Assembly: GCA_045646345.1 (NCBI GenBank)
Contig: JAZRKN010000009.1
Coordinates: 1 to 64,000 of the forward strand
DNA: 64,000 nucleotides
Source: Candidatus Scatovivens sp.
Lineage (GTDB): Bacteria; Bacillota; Clostridia; TANB77; CAG-508
Direction: 5' to 3'
A program made the translations under genes and the position numbers. The notes under the pieces are model-generated. The model had not been told where the DNA came from, ran no database searches, and saw nothing but the letters and a program-made list of their open reading frames with translations. This document shows positions 9,203-18,339 of this stretch, piece by piece (the first letter of the stretch is position 1; each line of letters starts with the position of its first letter).

Positions 9203-9231
9203 TTGAAAAATTATGTAAAGTGTGTTATAAT
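9203..9231 (+). promoter_or_regulatory. Sigma-A-like promoter
   Basis: TTGAAA-17 bp-TATAAT with extended TG. Confidence 0.7.
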
Positions 9232-9272
9232 TCAAAAGATACGAATATGTTCTTTTACATTAAGGAGGCAAC

Positions 9273-10133
9273 ATGACAAACAGAGACGTTAGCTATAAAC
9301 TTTACGATGATTTTACAACGGCAGAACGCCAAATGATGGGAGCTAAATCTGTGGCAACAACCCAAGCTATGGCTCATGCTGATCGTGTGGTGGTTGAGGA
9401 TGAACTTCTTGACTACTTGAGAGATTTCTTCAATGGAATCTACGATGGAGAGCCAATCCCGGAAGTGTTTTCCAATTCACTTATCGAATGGAATAATCCA
9501 CATGCGTTGGTAAGAATGTATGTGACATTTCCTAAAGATAAGCCTGATTGGGTTTTCATCGATGTCTTTATCGGTTGGAAATTCCTTGGAAAATTACTTT
9601 ATCCGAATGTTAAAATGGATGACAGTGAGAGAAATGAGGAAGGTCGATTTATGACTTATACTCCGTTTCTTACTGTACAAGAATTTCCAGCTGGTTTTTT
9701 GGAAAGCCTTATTCCTGCTGTTAAAGATATTTTCACTTATGCCTATTTGTATGTGCAAGCAAACAGAGAAGTGAAGGATATTTACAAGGAGGAGGCTATT
9801 CCTAAGTCAAAAGATGACAAGTCCGGAAAAAAAGGAAAGAAGAGCTCTGGTAGTAAGAAAAAGCACGATGGAAGTCCTAAAGTGGAACGAGATAAAGTGT
9901 ACGTTCCAACCAGAAGGATTTATACTGTGCGAAAGACAGAAATAACGGAACGCCGTTTAAGTGAGTATGTATATTCTCGCTGGAAAGTGAGAGGTTACTC
10001 ATACAGAAGAAAGGATGGACGAATTGTGAATGTCAAAGAACATTATGCATTCAGACATCTTCCTAATCAAGGTGTAGATAAGGAGGGAACAGATTTTATC
10101 CTTCGCAAACCGGAGAATAGTGAAAAAAAATAA
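9273..10133 (+). CDS. Hypothetical protein, paralogue A, basic C-terminal WxVRGY..RKDG..V..H motif
   Basis: 286-aa ORF, TAAGGAGG RBS, aligns along its length with the next gene. Confidence 0.85.
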   Translation: MTNRDVSYKLYDDFTTAERQMMGAKSVATTQAMAHADRVVVEDELLDYLRDFFNGIYDGEPIPEVFSNSLIEWNNPHALVRMYVTFPKDKPDWVFIDVFIGWKFLGKLLYPNVKMDDSERNEEGRFMTYTPFLTVQEFPAGFLESLIPAVKDIFTYAYLYVQANREVKDIYKEEAIPKSKDDKSGKKGKKSSGSKKKHDGSPKVERDKVYVPTRRIYTVRKTEITERRLSEYVYSRWKVRGYSYRRKDGRIVNVKEHYAFRHLPNQGVDKEGTDFILRKPENSEKK

Positions 10134-10156
10134 GTTGAAATGAAGCCTCAAACAGA

Positions 10157-10188
10157 GGGTCTGGTGCAATGCACTGGGCTCTTTTTTT
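10157..10188 (+). terminator. Intrinsic terminator of paralogue A
   Basis: gggtctggtgca-a-tgcactgggctc + T7 with G-U pairs. Confidence 0.8.
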
Positions 10189-10195
10189 ATAACAA

Positions 10196-10224
10196 TTGAC
10201 ATATTATGTAAATCGTTATATAAT
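10196..10224 (+). promoter_or_regulatory. Consensus sigma-A promoter
   Basis: TTGACA-17 bp-TATAAT. Confidence 0.85.
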
Positions 10225-10265
10225 ATAAAAGCAACTGTTGATAGTGTTTTATGAAGGGAGTATTC

Positions 10266-11123
10266 ATGACAAGCAGCGATATTTTTAAAAAGTTACAAAA
10301 AGATTTTGATGAAACAGAAGGTGAACGGTTAAGGAAGTATCCTATTGACAATGTTATGACAATGTCTAAAGTAGACAAAATAATCATGGATGATGATTTA
10401 ATAAACTACTTAAGAAATGAATTTTATGGCATTTATATGGGAGAACCTATACCAAAAGTATTTTCGAAAGCACTTATTGAGTGGAGAAGGCCTGGTGGAT
10501 TAGTTAGATTATATGTGACATTTCCAGAGGATAAACCTGAATATGTGTATGTTGATGTATTTTATTTGTGGGAATATATTGGAAAGCTTATTTTTCCTAA
10601 TATAATGCAAGATGATTACATTGATATAGAAACCGGCAAGTTTTATCATGCTACAAGAATTGAAGCACCAACTAAAGACTATACTAAATTTAATCCACAA
10701 GGAATTGATGAAGTGTTATTGGCTTCTATTGGCGCTTTTTGTTTTGCTTATACATATGTTGCAGCAAACAAAGATGTGAAAAATATTTACAAAGAAGATA
10801 CCATTTATCAAGAAGCCAAAAAATCTGAAGAAGAAACTGAAAAAACTAAATATCGCAAAAAGAAGAATCCTCATAAGAGAGATGTTGTTTTTGTCCCCAG
10901 AAAGAGAAGAACTTATACAATAAAAAGAACCGAAGTAACTGAAAACAATCTTCGGGAGTACATTTATTCACGATGGAAAGTTAGAGGTTATACTTATACC
11001 AGAAAAGATGGGAAGGTAATTACAGTAAAAGAACATTTTAAACATAGGCATTTACCAAACCAAGGTATAGAAAAAGAGGGAAAAGATTACATCTTAAGAA
11101 AAAAGGATGAAGATTTTAATTGA
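10266..11123 (+). CDS. Hypothetical protein, paralogue B
   Basis: AAGGGAG RBS before ATG 10266; shares GEPIP.VFS..LIEW, YVTFP.DKP and RWKVRGY..RKDG..RHLPNQG blocks with paralogue A. Confidence 0.85.
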   Translation: MTSSDIFKKLQKDFDETEGERLRKYPIDNVMTMSKVDKIIMDDDLINYLRNEFYGIYMGEPIPKVFSKALIEWRRPGGLVRLYVTFPEDKPEYVYVDVFYLWEYIGKLIFPNIMQDDYIDIETGKFYHATRIEAPTKDYTKFNPQGIDEVLLASIGAFCFAYTYVAANKDVKNIYKEDTIYQEAKKSEEETEKTKYRKKKNPHKRDVVFVPRKRRTYTIKRTEVTENNLREYIYSRWKVRGYTYTRKDGKVITVKEHFKHRHLPNQGIEKEGKDYILRKKDEDFN

Positions 11124-11147
11124 TTTGAAATGAAGTATTTAATGAAT

Positions 11148-11183
11148 GGTCTGGTGCAGTGCACCAGGCTTTTCGCTTTTTTT
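11148..11183 (+). terminator. Intrinsic terminator of paralogue B
   Basis: ggtctggtgca-g-tgcaccaggct + T tracts; homologous to 10157 hairpin. Confidence 0.8.
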
Positions 11184-11194
11184 GAAAACTAATA

Positions 11195-11224
11195 TTGACA
11201 AAATTATGTAAATGGTGATATTAT
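11195..11224 (+). promoter_or_regulatory. Sigma-A-like promoter of T-box operon
   Basis: TTGACA-18 bp-TATTAT with extended TG. Confidence 0.7.
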
Positions 11225-11239
11225 ATATGCAGAAATTTT

Positions 11240-11493
11240 AAAGATAAAAACTTTGAAAAGGACAAGATAAATAAAGTAAAACCTTAAAAGAGAGCTGGGA
11301 AAGGTGAAAGCCAGTAGGACAATAATTTATTTATTATCACCTTAGAGTTAATTATTCGAAATGTTTTAAAAGTAGAGTGATTCGCATTGCCTTGCGTTAA
11401 AAGGAAAAGAGATAATTATTAAAAAATAATTAATATTAGGTGGTATCGCGATAACGAGTCGTTTCGTCCTTTTAGGATGGAAACGACTTTTTT
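11240..11493 (+). promoter_or_regulatory. T-box riboswitch, Ile (AUC) specifier
   Basis: Stem I AGAGA and GGTGAAA motifs, ATC at 11336-11338, T-box AGGTGGTATCGCG (11438-11450), terminator gagtcgtttcgtcct...aggatggaaacgac-T6; upstream of ileS. Confidence 0.92.
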
Positions 11494-11530
11494 GTTTTTA
11501 AAGTTTTGTCAAAATAATAAGGAGGTATAT

Positions 11531-12016
11531 ATGAAAGAAAAAGTATTAAACAAATTGAATGAATTAAACATTAACTATAAGGAAATTGAACATACCCCCG
11601 TTTACACTATTGAAGATATGGACAATTTAGGTGATGTATTTGAAAATGCAAAAATTTGTAAAAATTTATTTGTAAGAGATCAAAAAGGAAAAAGACATTT
11701 CTTAGTAGTTTTGCCTGAAGAAAAAAGAGCACCGTTAGCGGATATTGCTACAAAAATTGGAAGTACAAAACTAAGTTTTGCTTCACCAGAAAGATTGATG
11801 AAATATTTAAAATTAGAACCAGGAGCTGTGACACCATTATCAGTTGTAAATGATGAAACAAATGAAGTTGAAGTTGTATTTGATGAAGATTTAAAAAAAG
11901 AATCTTTATTAGGAGTTCATCCATGTGTAAATACAGCAACAATATTGCTTACACCAACAGATTTAGAAAAATATGTTGTTTCAAATAATAACAAATTAAA
12001 ATATATTAAAATTTAA
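11531..12016 (+). CDS. YbaK/ProX family aminoacyl-tRNA trans-editing protein (PrdX-like)
   Basis: EHTPVYT, CKNLFVRD, LSFASPERL, PGAVTPL, HPCVNTAT; TAAGGAGG RBS favours ATG 11531. Confidence 0.88.
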   Translation: MKEKVLNKLNELNINYKEIEHTPVYTIEDMDNLGDVFENAKICKNLFVRDQKGKRHFLVVLPEEKRAPLADIATKIGSTKLSFASPERLMKYLKLEPGAVTPLSVVNDETNEVEVVFDEDLKKESLLGVHPCVNTATILLTPTDLEKYVVSNNNKLKYIKI

Positions 12017-12066
12017 GTTATTAATAATGTTAATTATAAAAATAAAATATAAAGGAGAGTTTTAAA

Positions 12067-14853
12067 ATGTGTAAAGATTGCGAAGAGAAAAAAGATTATA
12101 GCAAAACATTGAATTTGCCAAAAACAGATTTTCCAATGAGAGCTAGTCTTCCAGAAAATGAACCAAAAATCCAAGCAAGAGTGTTTGATCAAGGTTTATA
12201 CGAAAAAATTCTTAAGAAAAATGAGGGGAACACACCATTTGTATTACATGATGGACCACCTTATGCAAATGGAGAAATTCATATAGGACATGCTTTAAAT
12301 AAAGTTTTAAAAGACACTATAGTAAGATATAAAAACTTACAAGGTTTTTATACTCCATTTATACCTGGATATGATACACATGGTATGCCAACAGAGAAAA
12401 AAGCAATTGAAAAATTAGGATTGAATAGAGATGAAATTCCAGTAAACACATTTAGAGATACATGTAAAGAATTTACAATGAATTACAAGGATAAACAAAC
12501 TGAAGGTTTTAAACGTTTAGGTGTTTTAGGTGATTGGGAAAATCCTTATATAACATATCAACCTCAAATGGAGGCAAAACAAATAGGTGTGTTTGCTGAT
12601 ATGTATAAAAAAGGATATATCTATAAAGGTTTAAAACCTGTTTATTGGTGTACTGATTGTGAAACAGCTTTAGCTGAAGCTGAAATTGAATATAAAGATA
12701 TAAATTCTAATACAGCATATGTTAAATTCCCTGTAGTAGATGGAAAAGGATTAGTTCAAAGAGATAATACTTATGTTGTAATTTGGACAACAACTCCTTG
12801 GACTTTACCAGGAAATACAATGATAGCTGTTGGTGAAGATTTTGATTATGCTGTTGTAAGAGTTGGAACAGAAAGATTAATTTTTGCTAAAGATTTAGTA
12901 GAGCAAGTTATGAAAAAAGCAGGAATCGAAGAATATGAAATCGAAGAAGATTTTAAAGGAAAAGCTTTAGCAGGAATAGTTTGTAAACATCCATTTTTAG
13001 ATAGAACTTCTACAGTTGTTACAGGAACAGAAGATTCTGTTAATGTAGAATTAGGAACAGGTTCTGGATGTGTTCACTGTGCACCAAGTTATGGTAAAGA
13101 AGACTACTTATTAGGTTTAAAACATAATAGCGATATAATAGTTACAGTAGATTCTAAAGGTGTTCAAAGAGGAGAAGGTGCTGGACCATTTAAAGATATG
13201 TATTATGCAAAATCTGATAAAGAAATAATTAAATGGTTAGAAGAAAATAATTTATTATTAGCAAGTGAAGTTGTAAATCACTCATATCCACATTGCTGGA
13301 GATGTAAAAAACCAGTAATCTTTAGAGCAACAAGCCAATGGTTTGCTTCAGTGGATGGATTTAGAAAAGAATCTTTAGAAGCAATAAAATCAGTAAAATG
13401 GTATCCTGCTTGGGGAGAAGAAAGAATTTCAAAAATGATAGAAGATAGAAATGATTGGTGTATCTCTCGTCAAAGAACATGGGGTGTTCCAATACCTGTA
13501 TTCTATTGTAAAGAATGTGAAAAAGAATTTGTTACTGCTGAAAGTTTAGAAAAAGTTCAAGAAATAGTTAAAGAACAAGGAACAAATGCTTGGTTTGGTC
13601 TTTCTGAAAAAGAATTAATGCCAGAAGGTGCAAAATGTTCATGTGGATGTACTGAATTCAAAAAAGGAACAGACATTATGGATGTTTGGTTTGATTCTGG
13701 TTCTACACACGAATCTGTTCTTGCTGAAAGAGGTCTTCCAGAAGCAGATTTATATTTAGAAGGAAGTGATCAATATAGAGGTTGGTTCCAATCTTCATTA
13801 TTAACTTCAGTTGCTGTAAAAGGAAAAGCTCCTTATAAAGAAGTTTTAACACATGGATATACAGTTGATGAACAAGGAAGAAAAATGTCTAAATCAATTG
13901 GAAACGTTGTAGCACCTCAAGAAATAATCAAAGAATCTGGCGCTGATGTTTTAAGACTTTGGGTTTTAGCATCTGATTATAAATCAGACGTTAGTGTTTC
14001 AAAAAACATTATAACACAAGTAACAGAAGTTTATAGAAAAATAAGAAATACAGCTAGATATATATTAGGAAATACATGTGATTTTGATGTTAATAATCCT
14101 GTTAGCTATGAAGATTTACAAGAAATAGATAAATGGGCTTTAACAAGATTAAACAGATTAATTGCTACTTGTACAAAAGCTTATGATACTTATGAATTCC
14201 ATGAAGCATATCAAGCAATAAATCAATTCTGTGTTGTTGATATGAGTCAATTCTATTTAGATATAATAAAAGATAGATTATATACATCTAGACCAGAAAG
14301 TTTAGAAAGAAGAGCTGCTCAAACTACAATGTATGAAATATTATCTGCTTTAGTTAGAATATTAGCTCCAATGACTTGTTTTACAGCTGAAGAAATATGG
14401 AGTTATATGCCTCATAGAGATGGAGAAAACACTGAAAGTGTAATGCTTGAAAAATATCCTCAAGTAAATCCAAAATATGAAAATGAAGAATTATCATTAA
14501 GTTGGGCAAAATTAATAAAAGTAAAAGAAGAAGTTGCTAAAAAATTAGAAGTAGCAAGAGCAAATAAAGAAATAGGATTATCTTTAGAAGCTAAAGTTAC
14601 ATTATTTGCAGAAACAGATGAATATGAATTCTTAAAAGGAAAAGAAAATTTATTAAAAGAGATTTTTATAGTTTCTGATGTTGTAGTTAATGAAAACAGA
14701 AGAAATGCTGATGAAGAAGTTGCAATTGGTGTAAAAGTAGAAAGAGCTGATGGAGAAAAATGTGAAAGATGCTGGATGTATTCTACTACTGTTGGTGAAA
14801 GTGCAGAATATCCAACACTATGCGAAAGATGTAGAGATAACATAATTGAATAA
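12067..14853 (+). CDS. ileS: Isoleucine--tRNA ligase (type 1)
   Basis: LHDGPPYANG, HIGH, WTTTPWT, WCISRQR, KMSKS, C-terminal CERCW...CERC zinc finger. Confidence 0.98.
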   Translation: MCKDCEEKKDYSKTLNLPKTDFPMRASLPENEPKIQARVFDQGLYEKILKKNEGNTPFVLHDGPPYANGEIHIGHALNKVLKDTIVRYKNLQGFYTPFIPGYDTHGMPTEKKAIEKLGLNRDEIPVNTFRDTCKEFTMNYKDKQTEGFKRLGVLGDWENPYITYQPQMEAKQIGVFADMYKKGYIYKGLKPVYWCTDCETALAEAEIEYKDINSNTAYVKFPVVDGKGLVQRDNTYVVIWTTTPWTLPGNTMIAVGEDFDYAVVRVGTERLIFAKDLVEQVMKKAGIEEYEIEEDFKGKALAGIVCKHPFLDRTSTVVTGTEDSVNVELGTGSGCVHCAPSYGKEDYLLGLKHNSDIIVTVDSKGVQRGEGAGPFKDMYYAKSDKEIIKWLEENNLLLASEVVNHSYPHCWRCKKPVIFRATSQWFASVDGFRKESLEAIKSVKWYPAWGEERISKMIEDRNDWCISRQRTWGVPIPVFYCKECEKEFVTAESLEKVQEIVKEQGTNAWFGLSEKELMPEGAKCSCGCTEFKKGTDIMDVWFDSGSTHESVLAERGLPEADLYLEGSDQYRGWFQSSLLTSVAVKGKAPYKEVLTHGYTVDEQGRKMSKSIGNVVAPQEIIKESGADVLRLWVLASDYKSDVSVSKNIITQVTEVYRKIRNTARYILGNTCDFDVNNPVSYEDLQEIDKWALTRLNRLIATCTKAYDTYEFHEAYQAINQFCVVDMSQFYLDIIKDRLYTSRPESLERRAAQTTMYEILSALVRILAPMTCFTAEEIWSYMPHRDGENTESVMLEKYPQVNPKYENEELSLSWAKLIKVKEEVAKKLEVARANKEIGLSLEAKVTLFAETDEYEFLKGKENLLKEIFIVSDVVVNENRRNADEEVAIGVKVERADGEKCERCWMYSTTVGESAEYPTLCERCRDNIIE

Positions 14854-14861
14854 AAAAATAG

Positions 14862-14895
14862 AAAAACAGTTTGCAAAAATTGCAAACTGTTTTTT
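14862..14895. terminator. Bidirectional terminator
   Basis: aaaaacagtttgcaa/ttgcaaactgttttt. Confidence 0.9.
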
Positions 14896-14905
14896 GTAGG
14901 AAAAA

Positions 14906-15595
14906 TTAATACGATATAAGATTAGAAAGTACATTGATAACAAGCTTTGGAGTAGGCTTTTTTGGATATTCTACAGGTAAATATTTTTCAAGTGTTATAT
15001 AAGATTCTTTTGTAAGTGATTCATGTAAGTATCTAATACTTCTTTCAATAGACCATTTTACTATTTTTGGTGTTGTTTTATGTTTGTTTGCGACATATGT
15101 ATATACGTCTTTTTCTAATTTTTCATAAGAATATTCATCTTTATAAATATTGGCATAAAGAATTGATTCTATTAAATATAATGTTCCTGATAATTTTAAA
15201 TTAAATCCAATTTCGAATAATATTTTTTGTAACATATCTTTTTTTGAAACATATAAATATTCATTTATAAATTCATTAATTTGATTTTTCATTGATTCAT
15301 TATCTAAATTATATGGAATGGTCAATAAATACCTATAAGAAATGTTGGGATTAGCATCTTTTGAAATTAATATAATTCTAGGTAAATAACTCTGTGGTCC
15401 ATGTTTTATTAATGAAAAGATTATTTTATTAGAGCTTATTATTAAATTAGGTTTTGTTTCTTCCAACATTTTTTGTGCTTCAATTTGATTATTAGCAACA
15501 CCTACTATACGTAAAACACTTATTTTTGAAATGATAGCATTAATTAAAAATTTAGTTGTTTCATTTTTCCTACATAAAATTAAAACTTTAACCAT
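14906..15595 (-). CDS. Spo0A C-terminal-domain protein with degenerate receiver
   Basis: G..YL..SI, Y..VA.KH.TT...V...I..SI, KPT resemble the Spo0A DNA-binding domain; receiver-like N-terminus lacks acidic residues. Confidence 0.75.
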   Translation of the reverse strand: MVKVLILCRKNETTKFLINAIISKISVLRIVGVANNQIEAQKMLEETKPNLIISSNKIIFSLIKHGPQSYLPRIILISKDANPNISYRYLLTIPYNLDNESMKNQINEFINEYLYVSKKDMLQKILFEIGFNLKLSGTLYLIESILYANIYKDEYSYEKLEKDVYTYVANKHKTTPKIVKWSIERSIRYLHESLTKESYITLEKYLPVEYPKKPTPKLVINVLSNLISY

Positions 15596-15721
15596 TTTTT
15601 ATACCCCCTCACTTAATAAATCAATTGAGAGGGTCAAAAGGTGACAAAAATTTGAAAAAAAATTAAAATTTTTTAAAAAAATTAAAAAAAGTATCACTAA
15701 ACGAGTTAGTGATACTTGATT

Positions 15722-16099
15722 TTACATCGTTTGTTCTCCTGGCATTATATAATCAATAACTCCATAAATTAATGCTCCGATAATAGCAGACATCCAAGAT
15801 ATTGAATAACCGGCTACAAAAAATTGAGTTGCATATAATATAACAACTGCTAAAACAAAACCTACAAATCCTTTACCAAAAGCCATAGCATGAAGACCTG
15901 TAAATTTTACGATAAGATAATCCATCGCTGTTAATACAAGTGCTGATATAGCAAGTGCCCATATATTATTTATAGAGAAACCAGGTGTGAAAAAAGCAGT
16001 GATTCCTAAAATAATAGCAGCAACAACAAATCTACCAATAAGTTGTCCCATGGTTCCCATTGTACTACTAGATTGAGTTCTTGAATTATTATTTTCCAT
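15722..16099 (-). CDS. 4-TM phage-holin-family (YvlD-like) membrane protein
   Basis: AGGAGG RBS; TAFFTPGFSI, four hydrophobic helices. Confidence 0.75.
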   Translation of the reverse strand: MENNNSRTQSSSTMGTMGQLIGRFVVAAIILGITAFFTPGFSINNIWALAISALVLTAMDYLIVKFTGLHAMAFGKGFVGFVLAVVILYATQFFVAGYSISWMSAIIGALIYGVIDYIMPGEQTM

Positions 16100-16263
16100 T
16101 GGTTTTACCTCCTTGATTTTTAAGATATATTTGATTAAAAAAATAAAATTAAGTATTAATTATTTAAATAAACAAATATAAGTATATTTTAATGAATTTT
16201 GCAAAAAATATTCATATAAAATTTGTATATGAACATTTGAAAATTTTGGAGATATAAAAGTAT

Positions 16264-16941
16264 ATGATTTTAATATTTGTAAGAACAATAATTATATATA
16301 TATTGGTGTTGTTTGTGATGCGATTTATGGGAAAAAGAGAAATAGGACAAATGCAACCATTTGAACTTGTAATAGCAATGATGATTGCTGATTTGGCTGC
16401 AACTCCAATGTCAGATGTTGGAACACCAATATTATATGGAGTAATTCCTATTTTAAGTTTACTTATGATGCATATCATAATTTCGGTGATAAATTTAAAA
16501 AGTATAAAAATGAGAGAAATCATTTGCGGCAAACCTAGAATATTAATTTATAGAGGAAAAATTGACGAGGAAGCGTTAGTAAAAGAAAATTTTACAATTA
16601 ATGAATTACAAGAAAGATTAAGAGGAAATAATATAAATAATTTAGGGGATGTAGAATTTGCAATATTAGAAACAAGTGGACAAATAAGTGTTGTGCAAAA
16701 ACCAGAAAAAAGACCTCTAAGACCAGAAGATTTTAATATAGAAGCTAAATATGAAGGAATAGCTTTTGATTTAGTAATAGATGGAAAAATTATGGGGGAT
16801 AATTTAAATAAGATTGGAAAAAATTATAAATGGCTCGAAAAAGAAGTTGGAAAATTTAATATGAAACCAGAAGATGCTTTGGTAGTTGTATTAAATGGAG
16901 ATGGTACTATTTTTTGCCAAAAAAAGGAAGATAGAAAATGA
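16264..16941 (+). CDS. DUF421 (YetF-like) membrane protein
   Basis: RFMGKREIGQMQPFELV, AILETSGQISV, LVIDGKI. Confidence 0.9.
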   Translation: MILIFVRTIIIYILVLFVMRFMGKREIGQMQPFELVIAMMIADLAATPMSDVGTPILYGVIPILSLLMMHIIISVINLKSIKMREIICGKPRILIYRGKIDEEALVKENFTINELQERLRGNNINNLGDVEFAILETSGQISVVQKPEKRPLRPEDFNIEAKYEGIAFDLVIDGKIMGDNLNKIGKNYKWLEKEVGKFNMKPEDALVVVLNGDGTIFCQKKEDRK

Positions 16942-17349
16942 GATTAAAAAAAGATATTATTATAGTTCTTGTTATTACTATTTTTATAATTTTATTAGAA
17001 ACAATAACTAATTATACAACAAAAAAATTATCTCGGTGAAATAGAAGATGAAATAAAGATATTAATATCAAAGATTGAAAATTTAAATAAAGAACAAAAT
17101 GAAATAAAACAAGAAGAAGTACAAAAAAATACTGAAAAATTAAAAAAGAATTGGTTTGGAAAGCAAAACAAACTATCATTTTTTATAGAACATGATGAAT
17201 TAGAAAAAGTAAGTGAAAGCTTGATAGTAATGGAAGAAAATTTGAAAAATCAAGAGTATACAATGGCACTGCAAGAAAGCAAAGAATTTTTATATTGGTT
17301 AGATCATTTTAAAGAAAAAAATAAATTGAAGTTGAAAAATATATTTTAA
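16938..17349 (+). pseudogene. DUF4363-family gene interrupted by a +1 frameshift (pseudogene, recoding or sequence error)
   Basis: ATGA overlap with DUF421 gene; frame 0 gives 33 aa ending TCT CGG TGA (17031-17039); +1 frame continues GEIEDE...W...FIEHDELEKV...LKNIF* to 17349. Confidence 0.8.
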
Positions 17350-17397
17350 TATAAAAAGGACAAATAAGAAATTATTTGTCCTTTTATATTTAATTTA

Positions 17398-18339
17398 TTA
17401 TTTTGTTTCAATATTTGTATCCTTTATAAAATATAAAGGTCTTTGTTTGATTTCTAAATAAGTTTTTGATAAGTATTGTCCTATTATTCCTAAAGAGAAT
17501 AATTGAATTCCACTAACCATAAATATTATACAAACAAGAGATGGCCATCCGCTTGTAGGATCTCCTAAAATTAATGTTTTAAAAATTATTACTAAAATTA
17601 ATAAGAATGATACTATACAGAAAAATAATCCTATTGCTGATGAGATTAAAAGTGGTGTTGTAGAGAATGCAGTAATTCCTTCTAAAGCGTATTTAGTTAA
17701 TTTCCAGAAAGACCATTTTGTGGTTCCGGCAACTCTTTGGATATTCGTATATTCAAGCCATTTTACATCAAAACCAACAAAACTAAATAATCCTTTTGAA
17801 TATCTATTATATTCTTTTAATGAAAGTAGAGCGTCTACTACAACCCTTTTCATAAAAACAAAATCCCTAGCTCCATCAACCATTTCAAAAGGTGTCATTT
17901 TATTTATTATTTTATAGAATAGTTTTGCAAAAAAACTTCTTATTATAGGTTCGCCTTTTCTATTAACACGTCTAGTTCCAACTGCATCGTATTTTTCTTC
18001 AGTTACTAATCTATACATTTCTTTTAAAAGAGATGGTGGATCTTGAAGATCTGCATCCATTAATGTCACATAGTCACCAGTAGAATTTTCTAAGCCTGCA
18101 TAAATTGCAGATTCTTTTCCGAAATTTCTTGAAAAAGATATGAATTTAACAGAAGAATCTTTTTTGGCTAAATCTTTGATAACATTTAATGTATGATCTT
18201 TGGAACCATCATTTATAAATAAAATTTCAAAACTAACATCTTCAGGAAATGTTTTGATATTTTTTTGCAATTCTTCATAAAATAAAGGTAATGCTTTTTC
18301 TTCATTATAACAAGGTACAACTATTGATATTTTTTTCAT
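17398..18339 (-). CDS. GT2 polyprenol-phosphate glycosyltransferase (GtrB/YkoT-like)
   Basis: VVPCYNEE, INDGSKD, SRNFGKE, MDADLQDPP, two C-terminal TMs. Confidence 0.93.
   Translation of the reverse strand: MKKISIVVPCYNEEKALPLFYEELQKNIKTFPEDVSFEILFINDGSKDHTLNVIKDLAKKDSSVKFISFSRNFGKESAIYAGLENSTGDYVTLMDADLQDPPSLLKEMYRLVTEEKYDAVGTRRVNRKGEPIIRSFFAKLFYKIINKMTPFEMVDGARDFVFMKRVVVDALLSLKEYNRYSKGLFSFVGFDVKWLEYTNIQRVAGTTKWSFWKLTKYALEGITAFSTTPLLISSAIGLFFCIVSFLLILVIIFKTLILGDPTSGWPSLVCIIFMVSGIQLFSLGIIGQYLSKTYLEIKQRPLYFIKDTNIETK

Noticed and set aside
10186-10214. dif/Xer site, since TTATGTAAA matches the XerD arm of Firmicute dif
   Set aside because: No XerC-like inverted arm 6 bp upstream at any of the three copies; each sits inside a promoter spacer.
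11477-11530. Longer N-terminus for the ProX-like gene
   Set aside because: That ATG lies in the T-box terminator stem; the strong RBS supports 11531.
15722-16099. Prophage, suggested by the holin-family gene
   Set aside because: No lysin, integrase or structural genes nearby; this family is common in chromosomes.
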